Below are positions 36,504-47,344 of a stretch of 59,663 bases of DNA, piece after piece. Under the pieces are notes generated by a model. The model had not been told where the DNA came from. It searched no databases and was given only the letters and a program-made list of their open reading frames with translations. The stretch comes from an uncultured bacterium (lineage in GTDB: Bacteria > Fidelibacterota > Marinisomatia > Marinisomatales > UBA1611). The stretch is from assembly GCA_965660855.1 (NCBI GenBank), contig CBFIBM010000012.1, forward strand, positions 1 through 59,663, in the 5' to 3' direction. Position 1 is the stretch's first letter, and every line of letters begins with the position of its first letter. Position numbers and translations under genes: made by a program.

Positions 36504-37699
36504 TGATCTAAAAGATGTCCAAGTTTATTTTTCTTTGTATTGAGGTAGTTTTTATTATTTGCACTTGCTGTAATCTCTATTGGCTCACGAGAAATTATTT
36601 CAAGACCATGTCCTTTCAAACCAATAAGCTTTTTTGGATTATTCGTTAAAACTGTAATTTTTGTGACTCCAAGGTTTTTAAGAATTTGTGCGCCAACGCC
36701 ATAGTCTCTGAGGTCGGGCTTAAAACCTAACTTTTCATTTGCCTCTACAGTATCAAGTCCCTCTTCTTGTAACTTGTATGCTTTAATTTTGTGTTTTAAT
36801 CCAATCCCCCGTCCCTCTTGTTTGAGGTAGACTATAATACCGGAACCATTTTCATTGATAGATTGCATTGCTGCGTCTAGTTGATCCCCGCAGTCACATC
36901 GAAGAGAGTGGAACACATCTCCTGTTAAACATTCAGAGTGCATTCGAACTAGGACTGATTCTTCTGATAAAAAATCACCTTTAGTCAGCGCAAGATGGGA
37001 ATAGTTATCAAAGATATCTTCGTAGAGATGGAGTTGGAAGTCTCCAAATTTTGTGGGTAATTTTATTTCTTCTATTTTTTCTACTAGTTTTTGTGTTTTG
37101 CGACGAAAATGAATTAAGTCATCAATTGATATAATCTTCAGAGAATGTTTTGCTGCAAATTTTTGCAAAGAATTACCACGAGACATAGATCCATCATCAT
37201 CCATTATTTCACAAATCACACCGCTTGGCTTTAATCCTGCTAATAGGGAGAGGTCTATACTAGCTTCTGTATGACCGGCTCTCCTTAAAACACCACCATC
37301 TTTTCCAATAATTGGGAAAATATGGCCAGGTCTAGCGAGATCTTTTGCTTTTGATTTGTTATGTATTAATACTCGAATTGTTTCAGATCTATCAAAAGCT
37401 GATATACCAGTAGTTGTATTATCCTTAGCATCAACACTTATTGTAAAGTTAGTTTCATGTAAGCTTGTATTTTTATTTTGAACTAATTCAAGATCGAGTT
37501 CTGTAGCACGTTCTCTCGTAAGAGATACACATATTAAACCTCGACCTTCTTTAGCCATAAAATTGATTTTTTCAGGAGTTACTAATTCAGAAGCCATTAC
37601 AAGATCGCCCTCATTTTCTCGATCTTTACTATCTACAACTATTATTTGCTTACCATTTCTGATATCTTCAACTGCCGATTCAATAGAACTAAACTTCAT
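36500..37699 (-). CDS. ribBA: Bifunctional DHBP synthase / GTP cyclohydrolase II
   Basis: DRENEGD, RPGHIFP, RAGHTEA, HSECLTGD, RCDCG, QEGRGIGL, LTNNP motifs. Confidence 0.97.
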   Translation of the reverse strand: MKFSSIESAVEDIRNGKQIIVVDSKDRENEGDLVMASELVTPEKINFMAKEGRGLICVSLTRERATELDLELVQNKNTSLHETNFTISVDAKDNTTTGISAFDRSETIRVLIHNKSKAKDLARPGHIFPIIGKDGGVLRRAGHTEASIDLSLLAGLKPSGVICEIMDDDGSMSRGNSLQKFAAKHSLKIISIDDLIHFRRKTQKLVEKIEEIKLPTKFGDFQLHLYEDIFDNYSHLALTKGDFLSEESVLVRMHSECLTGDVFHSLRCDCGDQLDAAMQSINENGSGIIVYLKQEGRGIGLKHKIKAYKLQEEGLDTVEANEKLGFKPDLRDYGVGAQILKNLGVTKITVLTNNPKKLIGLKGHGLEIISREPIEITASANNKNYLNTKKNKLGHLLDQ

Positions 37700-37701
37700 T
37701 A

Positions 37702-38289
37702 TTAAGCTCCAGTTAGACTTTCTAGGTACTTACCAAGAATATCTACTTCTACATTAATAACATCACCAACTTCTTTTTTATCCCAACTAGTAATATCCAA
37801 GGTATGTGGAATAAGTGCTATCGAAAAATAATCTTCGGTTTTATCTGCAATAGTTAAACTGATCCCATCTAAACATATAGAACCTTTTTTAACAATATAT
37901 TTTTCAATAGACTTTTTCAATTCAAACTTCCAAACTGAAGATTTATTCTTATTTTTTATGTCAATTATTTTTGTAACTGTATCAATATGACCTTGGACAA
38001 CATGTCCACCCATTCTAGATGTTGGCAGAAGTGCTCTTTCAAGGTTGACTAATGTATTCTCATTCCAATTTTTTGCATCTGTTCTATCAAGAGTTTCATT
38101 AACAAGTTGAACTTTAAATAATTTTTTTTTTATTCCCGTTACGGTTAAGCATATGCCGGAGCAGGAAATACTATCATTAATTTTTAAATCAGATATGACT
38201 AATGAACCTTCTATTGTCATTTCTAGACCATCATAATTAGGTGTAATTTTTTTAATTACACCAACTTCTTCTACTATACCAGTAAACAT
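37702..38289 (-). CDS. ribE: Riboflavin synthase (alpha chain)
   Basis: MFTGIVEE, GICLTV, VNLERAL, GGHVVQGH, DGISLT motifs. Confidence 0.97.
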   Translation of the reverse strand: MFTGIVEEVGVIKKITPNYDGLEMTIEGSLVISDLKINDSISCSGICLTVTGIKKKLFKVQLVNETLDRTDAKNWNENTLVNLERALLPTSRMGGHVVQGHIDTVTKIIDIKNKNKSSVWKFELKKSIEKYIVKKGSICLDGISLTIADKTEDYFSIALIPHTLDITSWDKKEVGDVINVEVDILGKYLESLTGA

Positions 38290-38293
38290 ATTC

Positions 38294-39298
38294 TCATCTA
38301 TGGTAAGTGATTTTTATATCATCACCAAATTTTTCAATTCTATTTACTTTTAAATTAATATTATCATTTATGCCTTTGAAACCTTTATAAAGTGTACGCC
38401 CTTTTCCAATAAGTTTAGGAGCATAATATATTTGTAATTCATCAAATAGATTGGAATCAATAAAATGAGAAATAGTCTCTCCACCACCCTCAATATATAA
38501 AGATTGGATTGATTCTTTGTAAAGCATATTTAATATAATTTCTACGTTATTTAAAGGATTTTCACCTAATATATCTTCAGAAAATACTATTGGATTATGG
38601 TTAAATACATTTTCTTTCTTACTTAATTTTTTACCTATATCTATTATAACGATTTTTGGATCTCTTCCAAATCCATGACTTGTAAGTGTTGGATTATCCT
38701 CCAATATTGTTTTAGTTCCAACCATTATTGCATCGCAATTAGACCTCATCTTATAATTTGAATTCCTCGAATCTTTATTAGTTATCCATTTTGATAAACC
38801 ATCTTCTTCAGCAATATTTCCATTTAATGTTGATGCTATTTTTAAAATCACATATGGTCTTTTCTTTTCAAAAAATGTAAAAAATCGTCTATTAATCTTC
38901 CTTGCATCTTCTGAGCAAACCCCGTGAGAGACTTTGATTCCTTTCTTTGATAACAATTTAGATCCATTCGAAGCTTTGGGATTAATATCTTTATTTGCTA
39001 TTACAATATTTTTGAAGGTGATATTATCAATAATAGTAGTACAAGGATCTGTCTTCCCTCTGTGTGAACAGGGTTCAAGAGTAACATAAAGGGTGCAGCC
39101 TTTATATTTTTTATCTAACCTTTTGATGGCATCGACCTCAGCATGATCGCCACCGTATCTTTGGGTATGTCCTCTACTCACGATTGAATCTTTATAAACA
39201 ATAATAGCGCCAACTTTAGGATTCGGATACACTTCCGGACCTGATTTTTTAGCCTCTAAAATAGCTTCTTGCATATATTTTATATCATTTTCACACAT
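38294..39298 (-). CDS. ribD: Riboflavin biosynthesis deaminase/reductase
   Basis: PNPKVG, HAE, TLEPCSH...PC, DNP.L, IEGG motifs. Confidence 0.95.
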   Translation of the reverse strand: MCENDIKYMQEAILEAKKSGPEVYPNPKVGAIIVYKDSIVSRGHTQRYGGDHAEVDAIKRLDKKYKGCTLYVTLEPCSHRGKTDPCTTIIDNITFKNIVIANKDINPKASNGSKLLSKKGIKVSHGVCSEDARKINRRFFTFFEKKRPYVILKIASTLNGNIAEEDGLSKWITNKDSRNSNYKMRSNCDAIMVGTKTILEDNPTLTSHGFGRDPKIVIIDIGKKLSKKENVFNHNPIVFSEDILGENPLNNVEIILNMLYKESIQSLYIEGGGETISHFIDSNLFDELQIYYAPKLIGKGRTLYKGFKGINDNINLKVNRIEKFGDDIKITYHR

Positions 39299-39377
39299 TT
39301 TTTTACCTTAAAATGAATAAACGTTGATTTTTAAACTATATTTTAGTCTTAATATTAACAAATAAATATGGACAATT

Positions 39378-40550
39378 ATGAAAGCTTACGGACCTGATTT
39401 TTATAATATTACAGATTTGTTAACATCTGAAGAATTATTAGTACAGCAAACAACATATGAATTTGTTAAAAATGAATTTATGCCATTAATACAAGAACAT
39501 CACGACAACGGAACTTTTCCATTTGAGTTAATACCGAAATTAGGTGAGCTAGGTCTGATTGGTTCTGCTTTACCTGAGGAATCAGGAGGATCTGGTGTAA
39601 GTAATATTGCTTATGGATTGATTTTACATGAATTAGAGAGAGGAGACACAGGTTTGAGGTCTTTTGCGAGCGTTCAAGGTGCTTTGGTAATGTACCCCAT
39701 TCATCAATATGGATCTACAGACCAGAAGAAAAAATGGCTAAGAAGTTTAGGTCTGGGTGAGAAAATTGGATGTTTTGGTTTAACGGAACCTAATTATGGA
39801 TCTAACCCTGGAGGTATGGTAACTAGATGTGTCAAAGATGGAGATGATTGGATCATTAATGGTAGTAAAATGTGGATAACGAATGGTTCAATTGCAGATG
39901 TTGCAGTGGTTTGGGCAAAAGATGAGGATGGAATAATAAGAGGCTTCTTAATTGAAAAAGGTATGGAAGGTTTTTCTTCTAGTGATTTGCATGGGAAACT
40001 AAGTTTGCGAGCATCTATTACATCTGAATTATCATTTAATAATGTAAGAGTTCCTGACTCTTCGAGATTGCCAAATATTGAAGGATTGAAAGGACCATTA
40101 AGTTGCTTAACTCAAGCGAGATATGGCATAGCATGGGGGATGGTTGGTGCAGCCACAGACTGCTATAATATAGCTGTAAATTATGCTAAAGACAGGAAAC
40201 AATTTTCCAAACCAATTGCTGGTTACCAATTAACACAAGCAAAACTAGCGGACATGGCTACTAGAATAACTGAAGCTCAATTATTAGTATATCGATTAGG
40301 GCAGCTAAAAGATGAAAATAAGATGACCTTTCAGCAAGTCTCAATGGCAAAGAGAAATAATTGTTCTATCGCAAGAGACATAGCTAGAACTTCAAGAGAA
40401 ATTTTAGGTGGTAATGGTATTATGGGCGAATATTCACCTATAAGGCATATGGTGAATATCGAATCGGTTTATACCTATGAAGGCACTCATGAGATGCACA
40501 CTCTTATTCTTGGTCAAGAGATAACAGGTATTCCAGCGTACGATAATTAA
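39378..40550 (+). CDS. gcdH: Acyl-CoA dehydrogenase, glutaryl-CoA dehydrogenase-like
   Basis: FGLTEPNYGS, KMWITN, LSLRASIT, GPLSCL..ARYGIAWG, TYEGTH motifs. Confidence 0.8.
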   Translation: MKAYGPDFYNITDLLTSEELLVQQTTYEFVKNEFMPLIQEHHDNGTFPFELIPKLGELGLIGSALPEESGGSGVSNIAYGLILHELERGDTGLRSFASVQGALVMYPIHQYGSTDQKKKWLRSLGLGEKIGCFGLTEPNYGSNPGGMVTRCVKDGDDWIINGSKMWITNGSIADVAVVWAKDEDGIIRGFLIEKGMEGFSSSDLHGKLSLRASITSELSFNNVRVPDSSRLPNIEGLKGPLSCLTQARYGIAWGMVGAATDCYNIAVNYAKDRKQFSKPIAGYQLTQAKLADMATRITEAQLLVYRLGQLKDENKMTFQQVSMAKRNNCSIARDIARTSREILGGNGIMGEYSPIRHMVNIESVYTYEGTHEMHTLILGQEITGIPAYDN

Positions 40551-40604
40551 GTATTAAATACTAATTATTAACAAAATAATTTATGTCAGTAGAGGCCTAA
40601 CATC

Positions 40605-41765
40605 GTGTTTCTTATTTTTGTTGTCCTAGTCTTATTCACAATACACGGGTATGTAATTTTTAGAACTTTACCAATCTTTGGGTTTAATAACAATCCCTCC
40701 ATTCTTTTAGTTTTTATTACAGCGGTAGTAAGCTTTTTGCCAATACTCCCTCCTATTTTAAGGATGATGGGGTTTGAAAATAGAGCCATTGATAAATTCT
40801 CTTTAATCGGATATACAAGTTTTGGTTTTTTTTCATTTACTTTTATGATTTTTCTTTTCAGAGATTTATTTATCATAATTATAAATATAATTGAAAATTT
40901 TTTCAAAGTTTCATTACCTGTAGATCATACAAAAAGAGACTTCTTAATCAAAATGAGTAGCCTAGCGATACTAAGTTCCAGTAGCATTGGTACAGCATGT
41001 GGTTTTTATAATAGTAGGAAAGGTCCCATAATAAAAAGGCAAGAAATTTTTTTAAAAAACCTTCCAAAACAATTTGAGGACTTTACTATTGCACAAATTT
41101 CAGATCTACATGTAGGTCCTACAATTAAAAAACCATATGTATTAAATGTATTAAATGAAATATCAAAAGTTAATCCTGACATGATTGCAGTAACTGGAGA
41201 TTTGATTGATGGATCTGTTGATCATTTGAAGAAAGATTTAGAACCATTTATGGATCTTTCTGCACCATATGGTACTTATTTTGTTACAGGAAACCATGAA
41301 TATTATTCAGGAGTAGATCAATGGCTTGATGAAACTGACCGACTTGGAATGATTAACCTCGTTAATTCAAATACAAAAATTATTAAAACCAATTCAGAAA
41401 TAGTTTTAGCTGGTATAACAGATTATAGAGCACACCAAATTAAAAAAAGTCATCGGTCGAATCCGGAATTAGCACTAAAAAACATCCCAAATGATAAAAT
41501 TAAAATATTATTAGCTCATCAACCAAACAGTATTTATGCCGTAAATAAAGCAGGTGCAGATTTACAGTTATCTGGGCATACTCATGGAGGCCAATTTTGG
41601 CCGTTTAACTATCCCACGAGCCTTGTAAATGCATATTTGTCTGGACTTCATAATCATAATGGGACACAAATATATGTTAATAGCGGTACCGGGTATTGGG
41701 GACCACCTTTGAGATTAGGTGTTCCTTCAGAAATAACTCTGATTCGCCTAAAAAGTAAAGTTTGA
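40605..41765 (+). CDS. Membrane-anchored metallophosphoesterase (YkuE-like)
   Basis: DLH, GDLID, GNHE, LAHQP, SGHTHGGQ motifs; N-terminal TM helices. Confidence 0.9.
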   Translation: MFLIFVVLVLFTIHGYVIFRTLPIFGFNNNPSILLVFITAVVSFLPILPPILRMMGFENRAIDKFSLIGYTSFGFFSFTFMIFLFRDLFIIIINIIENFFKVSLPVDHTKRDFLIKMSSLAILSSSSIGTACGFYNSRKGPIIKRQEIFLKNLPKQFEDFTIAQISDLHVGPTIKKPYVLNVLNEISKVNPDMIAVTGDLIDGSVDHLKKDLEPFMDLSAPYGTYFVTGNHEYYSGVDQWLDETDRLGMINLVNSNTKIIKTNSEIVLAGITDYRAHQIKKSHRSNPELALKNIPNDKIKILLAHQPNSIYAVNKAGADLQLSGHTHGGQFWPFNYPTSLVNAYLSGLHNHNGTQIYVNSGTGYWGPPLRLGVPSEITLIRLKSKV

Positions 41766-41799
41766 TAGATTTTAATAATTTTCAGAGTTAGCTTTTAAC

Positions 41800-42753
41800 A
41801 TGAAACGAAGAGATTTTTTTAAAGCAAGTGCAATAGGTTTAGCAGCTCATAAATCAATTATTAAAGCAAATCGAATAGAAACATCATTAAATAGCCCAGT
41901 TATACTCTCAACCTGGAACTTTGGTTTAAAGGCAAATGTCCAGGCTGAAAAAGCTTTGAAAAACGGTGGAAATGCAATGGATGCAGCTGAAAAAGCTGCA
42001 ATGGATGCTGAGTCAGATGAAGAAAATAATTCAGTTGGCATTGGAGGAGCACCTGATGAAGAAGGAAATGTAACCTTGGACGCATGTGTTATGGATTCTT
42101 CAGGAAATGCAGGTTCGGTTGCGTTCTTGCAAAATATCAAACACCCTGTATCAGTAGCCCGAAAAGTAATGGAAGAAACAAAACATGTTATGCTCGTTGG
42201 TGAAGGAGCTCGTCAATTTGCAGTTTTAAAGGGTTTTAAAGAGGTTGACCTATTGACGAAAAAATCAAAAAAAGAATGGGAAAAATGGCTCAAAACTCGA
42301 AGAGAAATGACGCCACATGAAACTCATGACACAATTTCAGTGCTTGTACAAGATAAAAAAGGGGACTTAGCTGGAGCTTGCACTACAAGTGGATGGGCCT
42401 ATAAAATGCACGGTCGTGTTGGAGATAGTCCAATAATTGGTTCGGGCTTATTCGTTGATAATGAAATTGGGTCAGCCGCGGCAACAGGGCTTGGGGAAGA
42501 GGTGATAAAGACAAATGGAAGTTTTCTTGTTGTGGAATTAATGAGACAGGGTAGAAGCCCTATGGAAGCATGTGAAGAAGCACTGCAAAGAGTAATAAAA
42601 AGACACAATGGTTCTCCAGATTTTCAAATTGGATACATAGCTCTTAGGAAAGATGGTGAAGTTGGTGCTGCTTGTTTAAAATGGAATTTTGATTATGCTT
42701 TATCTAAAAATGGGTTAAATAAAATTTATAATGTAAATGGAATGCTCAAATAA
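41800..42753 (+). CDS. N(4)-(beta-N-acetylglucosaminyl)-L-asparaginase (Ntn hydrolase) with Tat signal
   Basis: KRRDFF Tat motif; HDTI autocleavage site; GRVGDSPI; ATG.GE. Confidence 0.9.
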   Translation: MKRRDFFKASAIGLAAHKSIIKANRIETSLNSPVILSTWNFGLKANVQAEKALKNGGNAMDAAEKAAMDAESDEENNSVGIGGAPDEEGNVTLDACVMDSSGNAGSVAFLQNIKHPVSVARKVMEETKHVMLVGEGARQFAVLKGFKEVDLLTKKSKKEWEKWLKTRREMTPHETHDTISVLVQDKKGDLAGACTTSGWAYKMHGRVGDSPIIGSGLFVDNEIGSAAATGLGEEVIKTNGSFLVVELMRQGRSPMEACEEALQRVIKRHNGSPDFQIGYIALRKDGEVGAACLKWNFDYALSKNGLNKIYNVNGMLK

Positions 42754-43606
42754 TTTGAGGTTGCGAAATTGTATGTTTGACTTGTTTCTTAAGTTTACCA
42801 ATTACCTTGTTTTTCAACTCAATATTCTCTTTTATCGAATCCCATAATTTTATTCTATACTGGAGAGCATGTTCTCCAACTTTTAGGGCTTCTGTCCATT
42901 TGTTAATATCATCGCCACACAACTCATGCATCATTTCCAGTGCCAAAGGGCCATGTGTATCTCCATCAATTTCTATATGTCTATCAAGGTAGTATTTTAA
43001 ATTTGAGTACTTTTTATTTTTTGGATCTAATTCTTTAATAATTTTAATAAATATTTCAGGAATAACATCTTCTCGCCCATATGTGAAAGCTGCAGCAGTG
43101 AGGTGAGGTTTATTTTTTTTGATAATACTAAATGTATAATTCACAAATTCTTTTATTTTATCATCCGCTTTAATTCTATTTAATGCTTGTTCTACATCTA
43201 GACCTTGTTCTAAAAAATTTAAAAATTCATTTATATTTTTTCTATCAGCATTTATTTCATCCATTGATTCTAAATACATTGAAAAGTGACTTTTAGGTAT
43301 GTTATTCATATCTAAATCACTTTCTTCGACTTGAACAATTTCATTAATGAATCTAGTTAATTTTGCATTTTTTTTAGGAAGCCATGGTAACTTTACCCCT
43401 GTGAGGTTATTTTGTAGCGATTTTAATAATGACATAAAATCCCAAACAGCAAATACATGAGATTCCATAAAAGAACGGATATCTTGAATGTCTTTCAGAA
43501 GATGATACAAATCATGGTTTTTAAGTTTATCTAATAGATGAGATCTATTACATTTTGAAATACTAAGGAGTTTATCAATTTTATAACTTTTTTTACTTGA
43601 AGACAT
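42746..43606 (-). CDS. DUF3050 family protein (heme-oxygenase-like fold)
   Basis: FMESHVFAVWDFMSLLK.LQ, INEIV..EESD, GREDVIP, YLDRHIEIDGDTHGP motifs. Confidence 0.85.
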   Translation of the reverse strand: MSSSKKSYKIDKLLSISKCNRSHLLDKLKNHDLYHLLKDIQDIRSFMESHVFAVWDFMSLLKSLQNNLTGVKLPWLPKKNAKLTRFINEIVQVEESDLDMNNIPKSHFSMYLESMDEINADRKNINEFLNFLEQGLDVEQALNRIKADDKIKEFVNYTFSIIKKNKPHLTAAAFTYGREDVIPEIFIKIIKELDPKNKKYSNLKYYLDRHIEIDGDTHGPLALEMMHELCGDDINKWTEALKVGEHALQYRIKLWDSIKENIELKNKVIGKLKKQVKHTISQPQII

Positions 43607-43671
43607 TGTTTTGTACTAATTTTTAGGTTTAAAATTAAAAATTAGAAGTAACTCTAGTCAAATGTTTCAGT

Positions 43672-44439
43672 CTAAGTTGTATAATCTATAGTAATTGATG
43701 GGAACTCTTTAATTTGGTTTTCAATTTCAACTTTAGCAAATCCTTTATCGCTTATACCTTTAAAAACACCGCTTTCAGAATCATTCATATATTTAAACTT
43801 AATTTTTTTATTTAAGTGATAACAATAGTCTAACCATTGATTTGTAACGGACGAAAGGTTATTAAAAACCTGCTCAAAATAGGTAGTAATTATTGCAGAA
43901 ATAAGTTCTCGTTGGTTTGGATAACCTGATTCAATCAATAATGAAGTTGCAATATTTTGGATACCTTGATTGAGATCGCTTTTTTGATCGTTTACGTTTA
44001 AACCAATACCAATTACCATTTCTGTTATTTTATTCTTTTGGACTCGACTTTCACATAATATTCCACCACATTTTTTACTATTTAATAATATATCATTAGG
44101 CCATTTTAGTTGAGGTTTAAAACTTCTATTTTTTAAAGTTTTTGCTACAGCTAATCCAGCGGCGAGAGGTACTAATAAAGCTTGTTCAATTGTAATTTCA
44201 TTTTTAATAATTATAGACATTGCGAGACTTTTACTTGGGCTCATATACCAATCATTATTATCACGACCTTTTCCAGAGAACTGATTATCCGTTATTACTA
44301 TGGTACCGTGGTCAGCTTCACCAGTATTAATCAATTCCCAGGCTTCTTCATTCGTCGATCCTATTCTTTGGTAATATTCTATTTTCTTACCAAAAACCTT
44401 TGTTCTAAGATTTGTTTGGATAAGGTTGGTAAATATCAT
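43672..44439 (-). CDS. birA: Biotin protein ligase (no HTH)
   Basis: STN, Q..GKGR, KWPND, KCGGILCE, GIGLNV motifs. Confidence 0.92.
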   Translation of the reverse strand: MIFTNLIQTNLRTKVFGKKIEYYQRIGSTNEEAWELINTGEADHGTIVITDNQFSGKGRDNNDWYMSPSKSLAMSIIIKNEITIEQALLVPLAAGLAVAKTLKNRSFKPQLKWPNDILLNSKKCGGILCESRVQKNKITEMVIGIGLNVNDQKSDLNQGIQNIATSLLIESGYPNQRELISAIITTYFEQVFNNLSSVTNQWLDYCYHLNKKIKFKYMNDSESGVFKGISDKGFAKVEIENQIKEFPSITIDYTT

Positions 44440-45020
44440 ATGTCTAAAAATAAGTATCTCAATTGAAAATAAGCAAAACTAATTGAAAATAATGTACCAA
44501 TCAATACTTGCATTAGCGTGTGTGCTTTTAAGTATAATCTTGACAGACATAATGTTAGTATTAACAAAAACATGGAAATTGGATAATGTATACCATTTAG
44601 CCATAAAGCGACTAAGGGACCTCCTAAACCAATCATGTGAATTGAAATTTTCCATTTTTTAGTAATAATCCATACCAATGCTGTATTTAATGAATAGCAA
44701 AACATTAGTCCCTGAATAATTAAAGGTGTGTTAAAAAATTGTAATAATAAGAAACCCAAACCATGATATATTACACCTAATGAGATTAGAAGTAATCGCT
44801 CCTCTCTAATTTTTCCATTATAATCAGAGAGTTGACCAATGTATTTTAGATAGATTGCAGAAAATAAAACTAGAAAAGCTGGAATTATTGATAAAATAAT
44901 AATTAAAAAATTGTCTTTGCATAAACTGAAAGAAAGAAATAAAAAAGTACTTAATTCAACAATAAATGGATGAAGAATCAGTGAAAATAAATTTGCAATT
45001 TTTTGTATATACTTAATAAT
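44436..45020 (-). CDS. PAP2-like integral membrane protein; start uncertain (frame open to 45023, no ATG/GTG/TTG before 44759)
   Basis: C-terminal WKISIH, SRLYLKAHT..QV..G; upstream in-frame extension KIANLFSLILHPF...REERL with TM segments. Confidence 0.65.
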   Translation of the reverse strand: MIKYIQKIANLFSLILHPFIVELSTFLFLSFSLCKDNFLIIILSIIPAFLVLFSAIYLKYIGQLSDYNGKIREERLLLISLGVIYHGLGFLLLQFFNTPLIIQGLMFCYSLNTALVWIITKKWKISIHMIGLGGPLVALWLNGIHYPISMFLLILTLCLSRLYLKAHTLMQVLIGTLFSISFAYFQLRYLFLDI

Positions 45021-45023
45021 AAA

Positions 45024-46508
45024 TTAATACTCGCCAAAAATAGACCTAAGACTATCTGAAATTTCGCCTAAGGTACAATCGTTCTTAATACACTTAATTA
45101 TTGGGGGTATTATATTCTCACCATTTTGTGAACATTTTTTCAATTTTTCCAGTCGCTCTTTTACTTGAATATTATTTCTTTTTTGTTTGAATAGATTAAG
45201 AGATTTTATCTGAGTCTTTACTTTTTTTAAGTCAATTTTTTGCAAAGTAGGTTCTGTTTCGTCATGATCTTTATATTTATTCACACCAACAATTATTTTT
45301 TCATCATTTTCAATCTTTTTTTGATATTCATATGCACTTGAGGAAATTGCATTTTCGATATACCCATTTTCAATTGCAGAAATTGCTCCTCCTATTTTGT
45401 CAATATCGCTAATAATATTAAATGTTTCTTTAACGTATTTATCAGTCATCTCTTCGATTAAATAACTTCCGCCAAATGGGTCTGGATGATTTACTATTTC
45501 TGACTCGTAGGCAATTATTTGTTGTGTTCTAAGAGCTATTTTTGCAGACCTATCTGAAGGTAAAGAAAGTGCCTCGTCCATCCCATTTGTATGTAGAGAT
45601 TGAGTTCCTCCCATTACTGCAGAAAGAGCTTGGATCGTAGTTCTTATTATATTGTTTTCAATATTTGAGGCGGTTAGTGTTGATCCAGCAGTTTGAGTAT
45701 GAAAACGAAACAGTAATGATTTTTTTTCCTTTACACCAAAACGATCTTTCAATATTTTTGCCCAAATTTCTCTTGCAGCACGGAATTTTGCTATTTCTTC
45801 TAGGAAGCCATTATGTGCATTTAAAAAAAATGATATTCTTTGACAAAAGATATTAGGATCCAATCCTTTATCAATACCAGCTTGAACATATGCAATTGCA
45901 TTAGAAAAAGTAAAGCCTAATTCTTGTCCAGCGCTACTTCCAGCTTCTCTAATATGATATCCTGAAATTGAAATAGTATTCCATTTTGGTAAATTTGTTT
46001 CACAGAACTCAAAAATATCTGTTACCATTTTTAAAGATGGTGCAGGAGGGTAAATATAAGTTCCTCTTGCAAAATATTCTTTGAGAATATCATTTTGTAA
46101 TGTACCTTGTAAGTTTTTGATTTTTATATTTCTCTTTTCTGCAAGTGAAATATAAAAACTAAGTATGATTGGCGCAGTTGCATTTATTGTCATTGATGTA
46201 GATACTTTATCTAAAGGTATGTCTTGAAATAAATCTTCTATATTTTCGGAAAAAGAAATGGGAACTCCGACCTTTCCAACTTCACCTTCTGCTAAATAAT
46301 GATCTGAATCATATCCAATTTGAGTTGGAAGATCAAATGCTATGGATAATCCTTTTACACCATTTTTAAGTAAATATTTAAATCTTTTGTTTGATTCTTC
46401 TGCTGTAGTAAATCCTGCATATTGACGCATAGTCCATAACTTATCTCTATACATATTTTTATAGAGGCCTCTTCTAAATGGGAAATCACCTGGCGCATTT
46501 TTAGGCAT
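45024..46508 (-). CDS. Methylmalonyl-CoA mutase, substrate-binding (large) subunit; B12 domain not fused
   Basis: WTMRQYAGF, AFDLPTQ, QNDILKEY.ARG, ISGYHIREAG, HTQT, QSLHTN; Tyr/Arg determinants fit MCM rather than ICM. Confidence 0.92.
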   Translation of the reverse strand: MPKNAPGDFPFRRGLYKNMYRDKLWTMRQYAGFTTAEESNKRFKYLLKNGVKGLSIAFDLPTQIGYDSDHYLAEGEVGKVGVPISFSENIEDLFQDIPLDKVSTSMTINATAPIILSFYISLAEKRNIKIKNLQGTLQNDILKEYFARGTYIYPPAPSLKMVTDIFEFCETNLPKWNTISISGYHIREAGSSAGQELGFTFSNAIAYVQAGIDKGLDPNIFCQRISFFLNAHNGFLEEIAKFRAAREIWAKILKDRFGVKEKKSLLFRFHTQTAGSTLTASNIENNIIRTTIQALSAVMGGTQSLHTNGMDEALSLPSDRSAKIALRTQQIIAYESEIVNHPDPFGGSYLIEEMTDKYVKETFNIISDIDKIGGAISAIENGYIENAISSSAYEYQKKIENDEKIIVGVNKYKDHDETEPTLQKIDLKKVKTQIKSLNLFKQKRNNIQVKERLEKLKKCSQNGENIIPPIIKCIKNDCTLGEISDSLRSIFGEY

Positions 46509-47242
46509 TATATTCCCCTTTCCTTTTTAATTTTTTGGTAGGCATCGTTCACAGATTTGAATTTTTCTTCAGCAAGAACCTGCATCTCTTGGCCAAGGTG
46601 AGAAACTTTGTCCGGATGATATTTATTCGCCATTTTTCTGAAAGCTTTTTTTAGATTGCCATCGCTTACTTCAGGACTAACTTCTAAAATTTTATAAGCA
46701 GATTTTTTATTATCAAAAAACATTGCTTTAATTGATTCAAAATCGTTTCGATTAATATTTAAATAATTTGATATTGTAAAAATTATTTTTATTTCATCCT
46801 GATGAACATGACCATCTGCTGCTGAAAGGCCAAATAACACATGTACTAGTTGTAATCTGCTGGGGTGATCCATTGAACGTTGTATTTGTTTGCAAACATC
46901 TTTAAGGGGATAATCTTGATCTAATATATCTTTTAATATTGGCATAAGTTCTTTTGCCTGTTGTAAACCAAATTGTTGTTTTAAAAACTCTTTAACATAA
47001 TTTAATTCAGATTTTAATAACTGCCCATCCGCTTTCATTACCTTTGCAAATAAGACAAGTATAGATATAATAAAATCTGCTGGTTTTGTTTTAGATCTAT
47101 TTGCATTATTGTGATCACTATTTAACCAATTATTAGATTGTTCATCACTAAGTGATGCAATTGTATAACCAAAGATTGCTCCTATGGGCCCACCAAAAGC
47201 CCAACCTAGGCCACTCCAAAATAATTTTTTATTTAATGACAT
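46508..47242 (-). CDS. DjlA-like co-chaperone (TM + TerB + DnaJ)
   Basis: GWAFGGPIGA, MKADG, C-terminal J-domain with HPD. Confidence 0.88.
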   Translation of the reverse strand: MSLNKKLFWSGLGWAFGGPIGAIFGYTIASLSDEQSNNWLNSDHNNANRSKTKPADFIISILVLFAKVMKADGQLLKSELNYVKEFLKQQFGLQQAKELMPILKDILDQDYPLKDVCKQIQRSMDHPSRLQLVHVLFGLSAADGHVHQDEIKIIFTISNYLNINRNDFESIKAMFFDNKKSAYKILEVSPEVSDGNLKKAFRKMANKYHPDKVSHLGQEMQVLAEEKFKSVNDAYQKIKKERGI

Positions 47243-47344
47243 ATAAAACCTTTTTTAATACGTTTAAATATTACGCAAATTAATTTGTTAATTGGAGAAT
47301 CGTGAACCAGTTTTTATGTTTTTAGTAAGTTACTATATTTATGT

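Noticed and set aside
39299..39377. FMN riboswitch upstream of ribD
   Set aside because: Only 79 AT-rich nt in a divergent gap; no RFN consensus.
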